NCBI GenBank assembly: GCA_965261395.1
Contig: OZ253462.1
Coordinates: 6,432,001 to 6,496,000, forward strand
Length of the DNA stretch: 64,000 bases
Origin: Candidatus Latescibacterota bacterium
GTDB lineage: Bacteria; Latescibacterota; UBA2968; UBA8231
Reading direction: 5' to 3'
The notes below the pieces were generated by a model. That model was not told the origin of the DNA, did no database searches, and worked only from the letters and a program-made list of their open reading frames with translations. Shown one piece after another: positions 17,503-26,049 of the stretch (positions are counted from its first letter, which is position 1; each line of letters begins with the position of its first letter). The position numbers and the translations under genes were made by a program.

Positions 17503-19758
17503 TTAGCTACTCTCTGCCAACGCGGCGACAATGCGGTCGGGCTTCATAGGCAATTCCTGCGGACGCACGCCAACGGCATCCCCAATGGCGGCGGCTATGG
17601 CGGCGGGCGGCGGGGCGATGTTGGCCTCGCCAACGCCGCGCACTCCGTAGGGATGGCCCGGATTGGGGACCTCGACGATGATGGTCTCAATCATCGGCAG
17701 GTCGAGGCTGGTCGGGATCCGGTAGTCGAGATAGCTGGAGTTGTCGAGGTGGCCGTCTGGATTGTAGAAGTACTCCTCGTTGAGCGCCCAACCAATGCCT
17801 TGGGCCGAGCCACCCTGCATCTGGCCTTCGACGTACGCCGGGTGAATGGCCCGGCCGGCGTCTTGGACGACCGTAAAGCGCACAATCTCGACCTTGCCGG
17901 TATCGGGATCCACTTCGACATCGGCGATGTTAGCCGCAAAGGAGCCGCCGACGCCCGAGTCTGGATCCACGGAGGCGCGGCCAATGACGGGGCCGCCGGT
18001 CTCTTCGAGCCGGCCAGCCAATTCCTTAAAGGTCAGCGCGTTATCGCCGGAACGGAAAACGCCGTCGTCAAACTCCACTTGGCTTTCTTCGACCTCCCAG
18101 AGCTGGGCCGCGCGTTCGCAGAGCTGGTCCCGCACGTCGAGGGCGGCCTTGTACGCAGCCCAGCCGGTGGCGTACGTCACGCGGCTGCCGCCGGTTACGT
18201 CCGTGTGGCCAATCGAGTCCGTGTCGGCCACCTGCGGTTTGACGTCTTCGGCCCGCAGGCCCAAGGTCTCGGCAAACTGCATGGCGATCGACGTGCGCGT
18301 GCCACCGATGTCGGTCGAACCCTCGACTAAGTTAACCGTGCCGTCTGCGTTGACGCTGGCCACGCAGGAGGACTTAAGCCCAACGTTGAACCAATAGCCG
18401 ACCGAGATGCCGCGCCCGCCGTTGGGACCAGCGGCTGCTGGACTCTGATAGTGCTCTGAGTCGCGGATGGCTTCCAACACCTCCTTGCAGCCCATCTTCG
18501 GGTACACCACCCCATCAATCCGGCGGGTGCCGGTCGTCGCGGTGTTTTTGAGCCGGAACTCCAACGGCTCTATCCCCAATTCGGCGGCCAGCAAATCGAC
18601 CACGTGCTCGGTGGCGAAGGCCACCTGCGTCGAACCCGGGGCGCGATACGCGAAACTCCGCGGCTTGTTGACCACTACGTCATAGCAGTCAATCCGGCCA
18701 TCGGGTATGTCGTAGCACGAGAACACGCACATCGCGGCCGCGCCGACCAAGCCGCCGGGATAAGCTCCAGACTCAAAGGCGATATAAGCGTCGGCGGCCA
18801 CGATCTTGCCGCTCTTGTCCGCACCCATCTTGATCTTGATGTACGACCCAGGCGTCGGGCCGGTACTCTCAAAGACGGCTGGCCGGGTCATAATCAGTTT
18901 GACGGGTTGGCCGCTCGCCTTGGAGAGCAGGGCGGCGACCGGCTCTAAGTACACCGGGATTTTGCCGCCAAAGCCGCCGCCGATCTCCTGGGGTACGACC
19001 TTGATCTTGGAAATGGGCATGTCCAAGACCGCGCCGATTTGGGCACGCGCGGTGAACGAACCTTGGGTGCTGGTCCAAATCGTCAGTTGGCCGTCGGCGT
19101 TCCAGCTCGCCGTGGCGTTGTGCGGCTCGATGTACCCTTGATGCACGGTGGCGGTCTGAAACTCGCGCTCCACGATCACGTCGGCCTCGGCAAAGGCCCT
19201 GTCTGGGTCGCCGAGCTTGTGCTCGAAGTGGGTGGCGAGGTTGCTCTTGCGGCCGGTGTCTTCCCCAAACTCTTGGGTGGTCATGTCGTCGTGGAGCTGG
19301 GGCGCGCCCTCCTGCATGGCCTCGCGCACATCGAGCACAAGCTCTAGTACCTCGTATTCGACTTCGATCAGGTCGAGTGCCTCTTCGGCAACATGGACGT
19401 TGATGGCGGCGACCGCGGCTACTGGGTGCCCGCTGTACAGGACCTTATCCGTGGCCAGCACGTTGTCGCGCAGGTATTTGAGCCGGGCCGGACCTTCGCC
19501 GAGATCGACGATTAGGTCTCCGGCATCGGGCAGATCAATGCCCGTGAGGACGGCCTTGACCCCGGGCAAAGCAGCGGCTTTAGAAGTATCTATGGACTTG
19601 ATGCGCGCATGGGCGTGGGGCGAGCGCAGGATCTGTCCGTAGAGCAAGCCGGCCAACCGGGTGTCACCGCCGTAAATAGCGCGCCCAATGACCTTATCGA
19701 CGCCGTCGTGGCGGATGGGACGGGTGCCAATGACTTTGTAGCCGTTGGTGGCAGACAT
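17503..19758 (-). CDS. Xanthine dehydrogenase family molybdopterin-binding large subunit
   Basis: RSPHAHARI, GGGFGGK, AYRAPG, TGGSR, VEGQMQGG, GVGE. Confidence 0.9.
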   Translation of the reverse strand: MSATNGYKVIGTRPIRHDGVDKVIGRAIYGGDTRLAGLLYGQILRSPHAHARIKSIDTSKAAALPGVKAVLTGIDLPDAGDLIVDLGEGPARLKYLRDNVLATDKVLYSGHPVAAVAAINVHVAEEALDLIEVEYEVLELVLDVREAMQEGAPQLHDDMTTQEFGEDTGRKSNLATHFEHKLGDPDRAFAEADVIVEREFQTATVHQGYIEPHNATASWNADGQLTIWTSTQGSFTARAQIGAVLDMPISKIKVVPQEIGGGFGGKIPVYLEPVAALLSKASGQPVKLIMTRPAVFESTGPTPGSYIKIKMGADKSGKIVAADAYIAFESGAYPGGLVGAAAMCVFSCYDIPDGRIDCYDVVVNKPRSFAYRAPGSTQVAFATEHVVDLLAAELGIEPLEFRLKNTATTGTRRIDGVVYPKMGCKEVLEAIRDSEHYQSPAAAGPNGGRGISVGYWFNVGLKSSCVASVNADGTVNLVEGSTDIGGTRTSIAMQFAETLGLRAEDVKPQVADTDSIGHTDVTGGSRVTYATGWAAYKAALDVRDQLCERAAQLWEVEESQVEFDDGVFRSGDNALTFKELAGRLEETGGPVIGRASVDPDSGVGGSFAANIADVEVDPDTGKVEIVRFTVVQDAGRAIHPAYVEGQMQGGSAQGIGWALNEEYFYNPDGHLDNSSYLDYRIPTSLDLPMIETIIVEVPNPGHPYGVRGVGEANIAPPPAAIAAAIGDAVGVRPQELPMKPDRIVAALAESS

Positions 19759-19778
19759 GGCGTTCCTCCTCGTTGGGT

Positions 19779-20258
19779 TCAGGCGCTTTGGCGCACTTCC
19801 TCAGCGGCGTCGAGGACGGCGCGGACGATCTTGTCGTAGCCCGTACAGCGGCACAAGTTGCCGGCCAGCCAGTGCCGCACTTCGTGCTCGGAAGGGTTGG
19901 GGTTGTGGTCGAGCAGGGCTTTGGAGGCCACCAAAAAGCCCGGGGTGCAGATACCGCATTGCAGCGCGGCGTGTTCGAGGAACTTCTGCTGCACTGGGTG
20001 CAGGCTATCCGGGCTGGCAAGGCCCTCGACCGTGCCGATCTCCTTGCCCTCGGCCTCGACGGCCAGCATTAGACAAGAATCGACGAGGATGCCATCGACG
20101 ACGACGGAGCACGCGCCGCAGTTGCCGTCGTTGCAGCCTTCCTTGGTGCCGGTGAAGCCGAGCGTCTCGCGCAACACTTCGAGCAGGCTTTGGCGCGACT
20201 CGCAGAGAAATTCGGTCGGCTCCCCGTTAATCGTGGTTTGGACGTGCGTTTTGCTCAT
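19779..20258 (-). CDS. Xanthine dehydrogenase family 2x[2Fe-2S] small subunit
   Basis: GCNDGNCGAC...SC, QCGICTPG, GNLCRCTGY. Confidence 0.92.
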   Translation of the reverse strand: MSKTHVQTTINGEPTEFLCESRQSLLEVLRETLGFTGTKEGCNDGNCGACSVVVDGILVDSCLMLAVEAEGKEIGTVEGLASPDSLHPVQQKFLEHAALQCGICTPGFLVASKALLDHNPNPSEHEVRHWLAGNLCRCTGYDKIVRAVLDAAEEVRQSA

Positions 20259-20300
20259 GTACCTTAACTCCGAATTTGGGCCGCCTGTTGCGGCTAGTGA

Positions 20301-20363
20301 AGAGCTTTTCTCGCCGACCGGATGGTCGGTGCAGAGCTTTTCTCGCCGACCAAATGGTCGGTG
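20301..20363. repeat. Two tandem 31-bp direct repeats, each containing a small palindrome
   Basis: AGAGCTTTTCTCGCCGACCGGATGGTCGGTG (20301-20331) and AGAGCTTTTCTCGCCGACCAAATGGTCGGTG (20333-20363), followed by TAACTTC x2. Confidence 0.8.
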
Positions 20364-20376
20364 TAACTTCTAACTT

Positions 20377-21285
20377 CTAACCGGCCGCTTCCTGCACGGC
20401 GTTGGCGACGAACTGGCCGCGAGCCCGGGCGACAGCACCCGCGAGGGTGCGCTTGACCAGCACCCCGACGAGGTGGGTGCGGAACTCGGCCGGGCCGCGC
20501 ATATCGGAAATCGGGCGGGCCGCGCTCTGGGTAGCCGCCGCTGCTGCTGCTATGGCCTCGTCTGAGACGGCTTGGCCCGCTAGACGGTCGCCGGCCTCGC
20601 GGGCGAAAATCGGCGTGGGGCCGACCGCGGCGAGCGCGATGCGCACGGCCTTGAACTCCTTGCCGCGATTGGCCAACACAACGTGGGAGGACACCCCGAC
20701 GACGGCGATGTCCATCTCGTTGCGCGGAATGAAGCGCTGGTAGTGAGAGCTGGTGTTCTTCTTGACAATCGGGATCTGGAGAGAAACTAAGATCTCGCCG
20801 AGCGCGAGCACGCTGCGGCCCGGGGCAGTGCAAAAATCCTCTACCGCGACTTGGCGCTTGCCGTCCGGCCCGGCGATGTGGCACACGGCCGAGTGGGTAA
20901 TTAGGCTGGGGATCGTGTCCGCGCTGGGAGAGGCATTGCACAAATTGCCGCCAAAGGTGGCGCGGCCCTGTATTTGGATGCCGCCGATAATGGCGGCCGA
21001 ATCGACGAGCCCTGGGTATCGCGCGACGATTTCGGGGTCATTGTAGATGCGCCAGCAGGGCACGCCCGCGCCGATGACCAAACCCCGGCGGGGTCCGTAG
21101 GAAAGCTCGTTGACCTCGGGGACATTCTTGATGTCGATGATGCAGTCGGGCGTAAAACGCTTGCCGCGCAACTGGACGATCAAGTCGGTGCCGCCAGCGA
21201 GGACGCGGGCGGCTTCGCCCTTTTCGGCCTTGAGGGCCACGGCCTCACGCAATGTGCTGGGGGCGCAGTATGCAAAATCTTTCAA
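20377..21285 (-). CDS. Xanthine dehydrogenase family FAD-binding medium subunit
   Basis: LAGGTDL, ATFGGNLCNASPSAD, PISDMRG; GAGGAG SD before the TTG start. Confidence 0.92.
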   Translation of the reverse strand: MKDFAYCAPSTLREAVALKAEKGEAARVLAGGTDLIVQLRGKRFTPDCIIDIKNVPEVNELSYGPRRGLVIGAGVPCWRIYNDPEIVARYPGLVDSAAIIGGIQIQGRATFGGNLCNASPSADTIPSLITHSAVCHIAGPDGKRQVAVEDFCTAPGRSVLALGEILVSLQIPIVKKNTSSHYQRFIPRNEMDIAVVGVSSHVVLANRGKEFKAVRIALAAVGPTPIFAREAGDRLAGQAVSDEAIAAAAAATQSAARPISDMRGPAEFRTHLVGVLVKRTLAGAVARARGQFVANAVQEAAG

Positions 21286-21513
21286 GGAAAACCCTCCTCG
21301 CTATATTAAGTAGTGGTCGCTGCGTTCGCGCCTAATTATGGACTGCCCCATCCCCGCTGTCAAGAGCGGTAAAAGGCGCGGCGCAATGGGCTAGATAGCT
21401 GGATTTTTTTGGGTAAACCCTCAATGTGGGGTGCTTCAATCCGTGGGCGACTGAGCCGACGAGATCCGGCCTACTCGTCCGTCGTCAGCGACGAATATTT
21501 TTTTGCCCTCTCC

Positions 21514-23355
21514 TCAAGGCAGCTTCGTCATCTTCTTGGCTTCCACGCGCCCATCCACCTCGACCCGATAGAGATACACGCCAGCGGCCACTGCCTTACC
21601 CGCCGCGTCGTGGCCATCCCAAGTAAAACGATGCGTACCCGCCCGCAGCGACCCCTGCCATAACTGCCGCACCCGACGACCCAGCACATCGTACACCGTC
21701 AGCGACACCCCCGCCGCGTCTGCTGCCAAATCAAGGGGAATCACTACCGCCGGATTGAACGGATTGGGATAGCTGTCGCCCAGCCGATACTGCGCCGGCA
21801 GAGCAACCGCCGCCGTCATCACCGCCGTCGGCTGCCCAGCCCCCGAATTCTTGAGCACATGCACACCGCCCAAGGCCGAATCCAACACGACCAAGTCCAG
21901 ATCGCCGTCGTCATCGACATCGCCGGGCAGCACTCCGGTCCCATCGCCAGTCAAGCGATGCGTCTCCTCTTCTTGGGTTGGATTCAAGCCCCCACCCCAC
22001 TCGACAAATACCCCAAGGCCCGACGCCCGGTTGCCGCCGACAAACACCCAATCATCTACCCCGTCGGCGTTCAAGTCGCGCACCACCACCCACGTGCGCA
22101 GAAACAAATGCTCATCATACAGCACCTCCAGCACCTCTTCGGACAGCACCCCTTCTGCGGACAGCCTTTTCACAACGAGTCCCATGTTTCCTTCATAGGA
22201 GTTGTGTTGGAGTTCTACGGGTATCTCCTGCCGCCCATCGCCATCAAAATCGCCCGCGACCGTAGCAAAAAGCCTGCTGTAGTACAAATCCCAGATGGCT
22301 TCGAGGTCGTCCGGATTTATAGTGAGTACCTCTTCCTGGAGATCTGGCCCGATAGACCAAACCACTGTTTCGGAGCCTACCCTTATCACAATCTCGTCTT
22401 GGCCATCGCCATCCACATCGCTGGCGAGTAGATGCATAAATCCTCCCACTTCTCGGGTATACCCGATGCGCGCGATTTCAAAGGCCCCGCTACCATCATT
22501 GAGGGCCATGACCCAGCCATGGGGGGGCCTCCAGCCGGAGGGAGGATCACCCTCATAAGGGGCAAACCGAGTAGAAAAAAGATCTAAGTCGCCATCGCCA
22601 TCTAAGTCGGTCAAGACGCCACTCCCCCCGGTGTACCCTAAACCCGGCGTAATCGGATAAAACACCGGTGGTGCAAAAAGACCGGGGCCATCAAACTCAA
22701 AATACTTCACCGGCGGCGGGGCTAATTCGCCCTGCGAGCGCTCTTCAGGGCCGGTCATCTCGATCCAGTCGATCTCAAAATGCCCGACCTCCTCCTCCTC
22801 CGACCGAGGCTCCTCCGCTTCGTTTCGGTCCAAGCTAAAACGCAGCCGAATATCCCGTAAAAGGCCTGCCCATACGATCTCATCTTGGCCAGAGAGAGTA
22901 AACTCTACTTCCTGCCACTCGGTCGTGTACGCGAAGTCTATGGAGAGGATCGCAAATCGGTTTTCTGACGGCCCTTCAGGATCGAGCCCTGGTGCTGCAA
23001 GGTTGTGCTCATTGGTCCAAGCAAGCCCAACGCGCCCTACCGTAGGGCGATCGTGCAGGGTGCGGAACCGGACTCGCACCCGGTCGAACAGGTGCGAATC
23101 GTAGCCGATGAGATAAGAAATCAAGGCCGCATTCGGAGCAGGATCCCTCTTCCCCACTACCGAAGGCGAGACATCGACCCTCCACACGCCGTCTTCAACT
23201 TCCCCTGGGAACAAATAAAATTCATTTGGGCCACCCCATTCAAGCGCTCTTTTGGCGGACCACCCTTGCATCGTCCCGTCGTCGAAATCCCACTTGACCG
23301 CCTCGGCGAGACCGCTCCATAGCACTAAGCATGTAACAACGGCGAGCTTTAACAT
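21514..23355 (-). CDS. Secreted FG-GAP/VCBS-repeat protein with N-terminal carbohydrate-binding-like domain and C-terminal FlgD-like sorting domain
   Basis: Signal peptide, WDFDDG...GW, DLDGDGDLDL-type repeats, YPNPFNP...VYDVLGRRVR...WDG.D..G..VAAGVYLYRV. Confidence 0.8.
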   Translation of the reverse strand: MLKLAVVTCLVLWSGLAEAVKWDFDDGTMQGWSAKRALEWGGPNEFYLFPGEVEDGVWRVDVSPSVVGKRDPAPNAALISYLIGYDSHLFDRVRVRFRTLHDRPTVGRVGLAWTNEHNLAAPGLDPEGPSENRFAILSIDFAYTTEWQEVEFTLSGQDEIVWAGLLRDIRLRFSLDRNEAEEPRSEEEEVGHFEIDWIEMTGPEERSQGELAPPPVKYFEFDGPGLFAPPVFYPITPGLGYTGGSGVLTDLDGDGDLDLFSTRFAPYEGDPPSGWRPPHGWVMALNDGSGAFEIARIGYTREVGGFMHLLASDVDGDGQDEIVIRVGSETVVWSIGPDLQEEVLTINPDDLEAIWDLYYSRLFATVAGDFDGDGRQEIPVELQHNSYEGNMGLVVKRLSAEGVLSEEVLEVLYDEHLFLRTWVVVRDLNADGVDDWVFVGGNRASGLGVFVEWGGGLNPTQEEETHRLTGDGTGVLPGDVDDDGDLDLVVLDSALGGVHVLKNSGAGQPTAVMTAAVALPAQYRLGDSYPNPFNPAVVIPLDLAADAAGVSLTVYDVLGRRVRQLWQGSLRAGTHRFTWDGHDAAGKAVAAGVYLYRVEVDGRVEAKKMTKLP

Positions 23356-23468
23356 GACAACACCTCCATAGAACTTTCCACAAGACAGCGCAACGAAAAG
23401 AAGTCTGATTCAATCGACTACTGTATTGAATTATATGGCCAGCGACAGGTCGTATCAACAGCTTCTCG

Positions 23469-24347
23469 TCAATCGCTCCCTACCCCCGCTTCCAAGCTCC
23501 AATAGACCGTTTCGATCCAGCGCTGCGCTGGCACGAAAGACCACTCCCACGAAGCCCATTGCGAGTCGAGTCCCTCGGCGCTGATCTGGTCGAGCGACAG
23601 GCCCGCGCTCCGGCGCGTGCGCACGCTGGCCGTAGTTTCCACCAACATGCGGTGATAGGTCTTCAGGTCGTCGAGCGTGGCGACCGGGCCGTGGCCGGGG
23701 ATGATTTTGGCGTCTGCGGGAAGCTGGTCGATGAGCGTGGCAATGTGTTGCGTCAGAGTCTCGACGTCGCCGCCGTACTCTAGATCGACAAAGGGGAAGA
23801 GGCCGTTGAAGAACAGGTCGCCGAGATGGGCTATCTGGGCGTTGACAAAGAATACGGCGATGTCCCCGTCGGTATGGCCGCGCGGAAAGTGAACGGCGCG
23901 GATTTCCTCGTCGTTGAAGAACACGGACGCCGACTGCTCAAACGCAACCTCTGGCAAGGCAACCGCCGGCGCAGGCTCAATGAACCGCTTGCCAAATTCA
24001 CCACCCATCGCCAGGCGTTTGCGGACATTGGCGTGGGCCAAAATCGTCGCGTGCTGGCCAAAGGCGCGGTTGCCGCCGGTGTGGTCGCCGTGGAAATGCG
24101 TGTTGAAGATGTACTGGGGCTGGCCGTCAAAACGGGCTAGCGCGGCACGCACCGCATCGGCCTGCGACGCCAATTTGGCATCCACCAACAGAATGCCATC
24201 GCCGCCGACGCAAACCCCGACATTGCCGCCACCGCCTTGCAACACATACACCGCGTCGCTGAGCTGGTGGAGCGATAGCTCGGCGGTCGCTGGGCCAGCC
24301 GCTAACAGTGCCGCGATTAATAATGGGCGAACATTTAATAAGCGCAT
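23469..24347 (-). CDS. Secreted metallo-beta-lactamase-fold hydrolase (cyclase/glyoxalase II-like)
   Basis: Signal peptide, THFHGDHTGGN, GHTDGD, GDL, IPGHG. Confidence 0.88.
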   Translation of the reverse strand: MRLLNVRPLLIAALLAAGPATAELSLHQLSDAVYVLQGGGGNVGVCVGGDGILLVDAKLASQADAVRAALARFDGQPQYIFNTHFHGDHTGGNRAFGQHATILAHANVRKRLAMGGEFGKRFIEPAPAVALPEVAFEQSASVFFNDEEIRAVHFPRGHTDGDIAVFFVNAQIAHLGDLFFNGLFPFVDLEYGGDVETLTQHIATLIDQLPADAKIIPGHGPVATLDDLKTYHRMLVETTASVRTRRSAGLSLDQISAEGLDSQWASWEWSFVPAQRWIETVYWSLEAGVGSD

Positions 24348-24380
24348 GGTTCCTTACCCCTATGATTAGAAATTATTTAT

Positions 24381-24408
24381 GTAGGGGCGACCGGCCGGTC
24401 GCCCCTAC
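24381..24408. repeat. GTAG-type REP palindrome
   Basis: Perfect 28-bp palindrome GTAGGGGCGACCGGCCGGTCGCCCCTAC; contains the TAG stop of the CRTAC1-like gene. Confidence 0.8.
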
Positions 24409-26036
24409 CAAGACCGATCGCTACTTCTCTCTTCTATCGTCAAGTACCGATTGACCGGCAGGTCGGTAAAAATTTCGCGGTGCTGGTCGGGCCAGCGCAC
24501 TTCGAGCGTATCGACCCGCTTGACGCGCCCTAGCCCAAAGTGGAGGCGGCGGTCCTCGCTGGAGAGGAAACTGCTGCCGCAGATGAGGTCGCGAATCTGC
24601 GTCCGCTTGCCAGCAACGAGTCGCGCTCGGGCACCAATGCCATCGCGGTTGCCGCGCGTACCGACCAAGCGCAGGCCCAGCCAATTCTGCCGGTTGCCCA
24701 CATCGTTCCGCAACAGCGAGGGCCGGTCGTCGAGATTGGCAACGAAAACATCCAAGTCGCCGTCGTTGTCAAAGTCGAACATGTTGGCCCCTCGGCTGAC
24801 GCGGGGCACCTCGGAGCCAAGCTCGACCTGAGTAAACGTTCCATCGCCAACATTGGCAAAAAGATGATTGGGTTGGGCATACGTGCTGCCGCTGCCGGCG
24901 CGGGCGATCTGCGGATACACGTGGCCGTTGGCCACCAACAGATCGAGATCACCGTCGTTGTCAAAATCGCAGAACCCCGCGCCAAAGCCCACGTGCGCCC
25001 ACCCCGCAGGTGTCAAGGCAGCTTCCGCACTGACATCCGCAAAGGTGCCGTCGCCTTCGTTGCGATAGAGGGTGTTGTACTCGTCTTCAAAATGCGTGGT
25101 GAGCAAATCGGGGTGGCCGTCGTTGTCGTAGTCGCCCCAAGCCACGCCCATGCTCGCTTGGATTTGTCCGCTGCGGCCATAGGCCAAGTGGGCCGGGAGG
25201 GAGCGGTCGGTAAAGCGGCCATCGCCGCGATTGCGATAAAAAAAGTTCGGGCTGGAGTCGTTGGCCACGAATAGATCGGGCCAGCCGTCGGCATCCGCGT
25301 CCGCAAATAGTACACCCAAGCCGTAGCCTGGAGAGGGGTGGTTGAGACGCGCCCAAGCGGTGATGTCGGCAAACTCGTCGCCGTCGTTGCGATAAAACAC
25401 ATCCGCGGCCCCCATCAATCCCCTCGGGCCGACGAAGACCCCCACCCCCTTCCATTGCGCACCTAAGCGTTCGACCGCCGCGGAATCGAATACCGCATAG
25501 CTCGCCACGTATAGGTCGAGGTCGCCGTCGCGGTCGTAGTCGGCCCACGCTGCGCCCGTACTCCAACGGGGCGTAGCCACGCCAGCCGCTGCGGCCACCT
25601 CGGCAAAGCGGTCGCCATCGTTGCGGTAGAGCAGATTCTCCCGCAACTGGGTCGCGTACAGGTCTTGGTCCCCATCGTTGTCAAAGTCCGCGCTGGTTGC
25701 GCCCATGCCCCAGCCGCGGCCCGCGACCCCAAGTGTCTCGCCCACATCGACAAAGCCGGTCAGGCCGTCGTTGCGGTAGAGCGCGTGGCCGCCGCCTTGG
25801 CCATTGACCCAGTAGAGGTCTTGGTCGCCGTCGCGATCAAAGTCAAGCGCGGCGGTGCCGCCGCCTTTGGCCTCGGGGATATAGCCCTTTTCCAAGCTGC
25901 CGCTCGTGTGGGCGCGGGTCAGGCCGAGTTCGGCGGCAACATCGACGAAGGGCGCAAGCGGCTCGGCGGCGGCGCAGCAGGTCCACAGGATGGTCGCGCA
26001 AAGGCCGCCGGCTATGTTTGGGGAAAACGCGGACAC
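24405..26036 (-). CDS. CRTAC1-family protein (FG-GAP/VCBS beta-propeller plus ASPIC/UnbV domain)
   Basis: Multiple DxDxDGxxDL repeats, NRDGIGAR, RLHFGLG, VRWP; start approximate (GTG 26036). Confidence 0.88.
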   Translation of the reverse strand: MSAFSPNIAGGLCATILWTCCAAAEPLAPFVDVAAELGLTRAHTSGSLEKGYIPEAKGGGTAALDFDRDGDQDLYWVNGQGGGHALYRNDGLTGFVDVGETLGVAGRGWGMGATSADFDNDGDQDLYATQLRENLLYRNDGDRFAEVAAAAGVATPRWSTGAAWADYDRDGDLDLYVASYAVFDSAAVERLGAQWKGVGVFVGPRGLMGAADVFYRNDGDEFADITAWARLNHPSPGYGLGVLFADADADGWPDLFVANDSSPNFFYRNRGDGRFTDRSLPAHLAYGRSGQIQASMGVAWGDYDNDGHPDLLTTHFEDEYNTLYRNEGDGTFADVSAEAALTPAGWAHVGFGAGFCDFDNDGDLDLLVANGHVYPQIARAGSGSTYAQPNHLFANVGDGTFTQVELGSEVPRVSRGANMFDFDNDGDLDVFVANLDDRPSLLRNDVGNRQNWLGLRLVGTRGNRDGIGARARLVAGKRTQIRDLICGSSFLSSEDRRLHFGLGRVKRVDTLEVRWPDQHREIFTDLPVNRYLTIEERSSDRSW

Positions 26037-26049
26037 TAAGAAACAGCTA

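Noticed and set aside
20301-20363. Mini CRISPR array
   Set aside because: Only two repeats separated by 1 nt, no spacers, and no cas genes in the window.
17503-21285. Aerobic CO dehydrogenase (coxMSL) call
   Set aside because: The active-site loop is AYRAPG, not the form I AYxCSFR or form II AYxGAGR motif.
21440-21500. Imperfect hairpin (GACGAG...CTCGTC) with a GTAGGCCGGAT REP-like start on the minus strand
   Set aside because: Short, imperfect and single copy; cannot be distinguished from a weak terminator.
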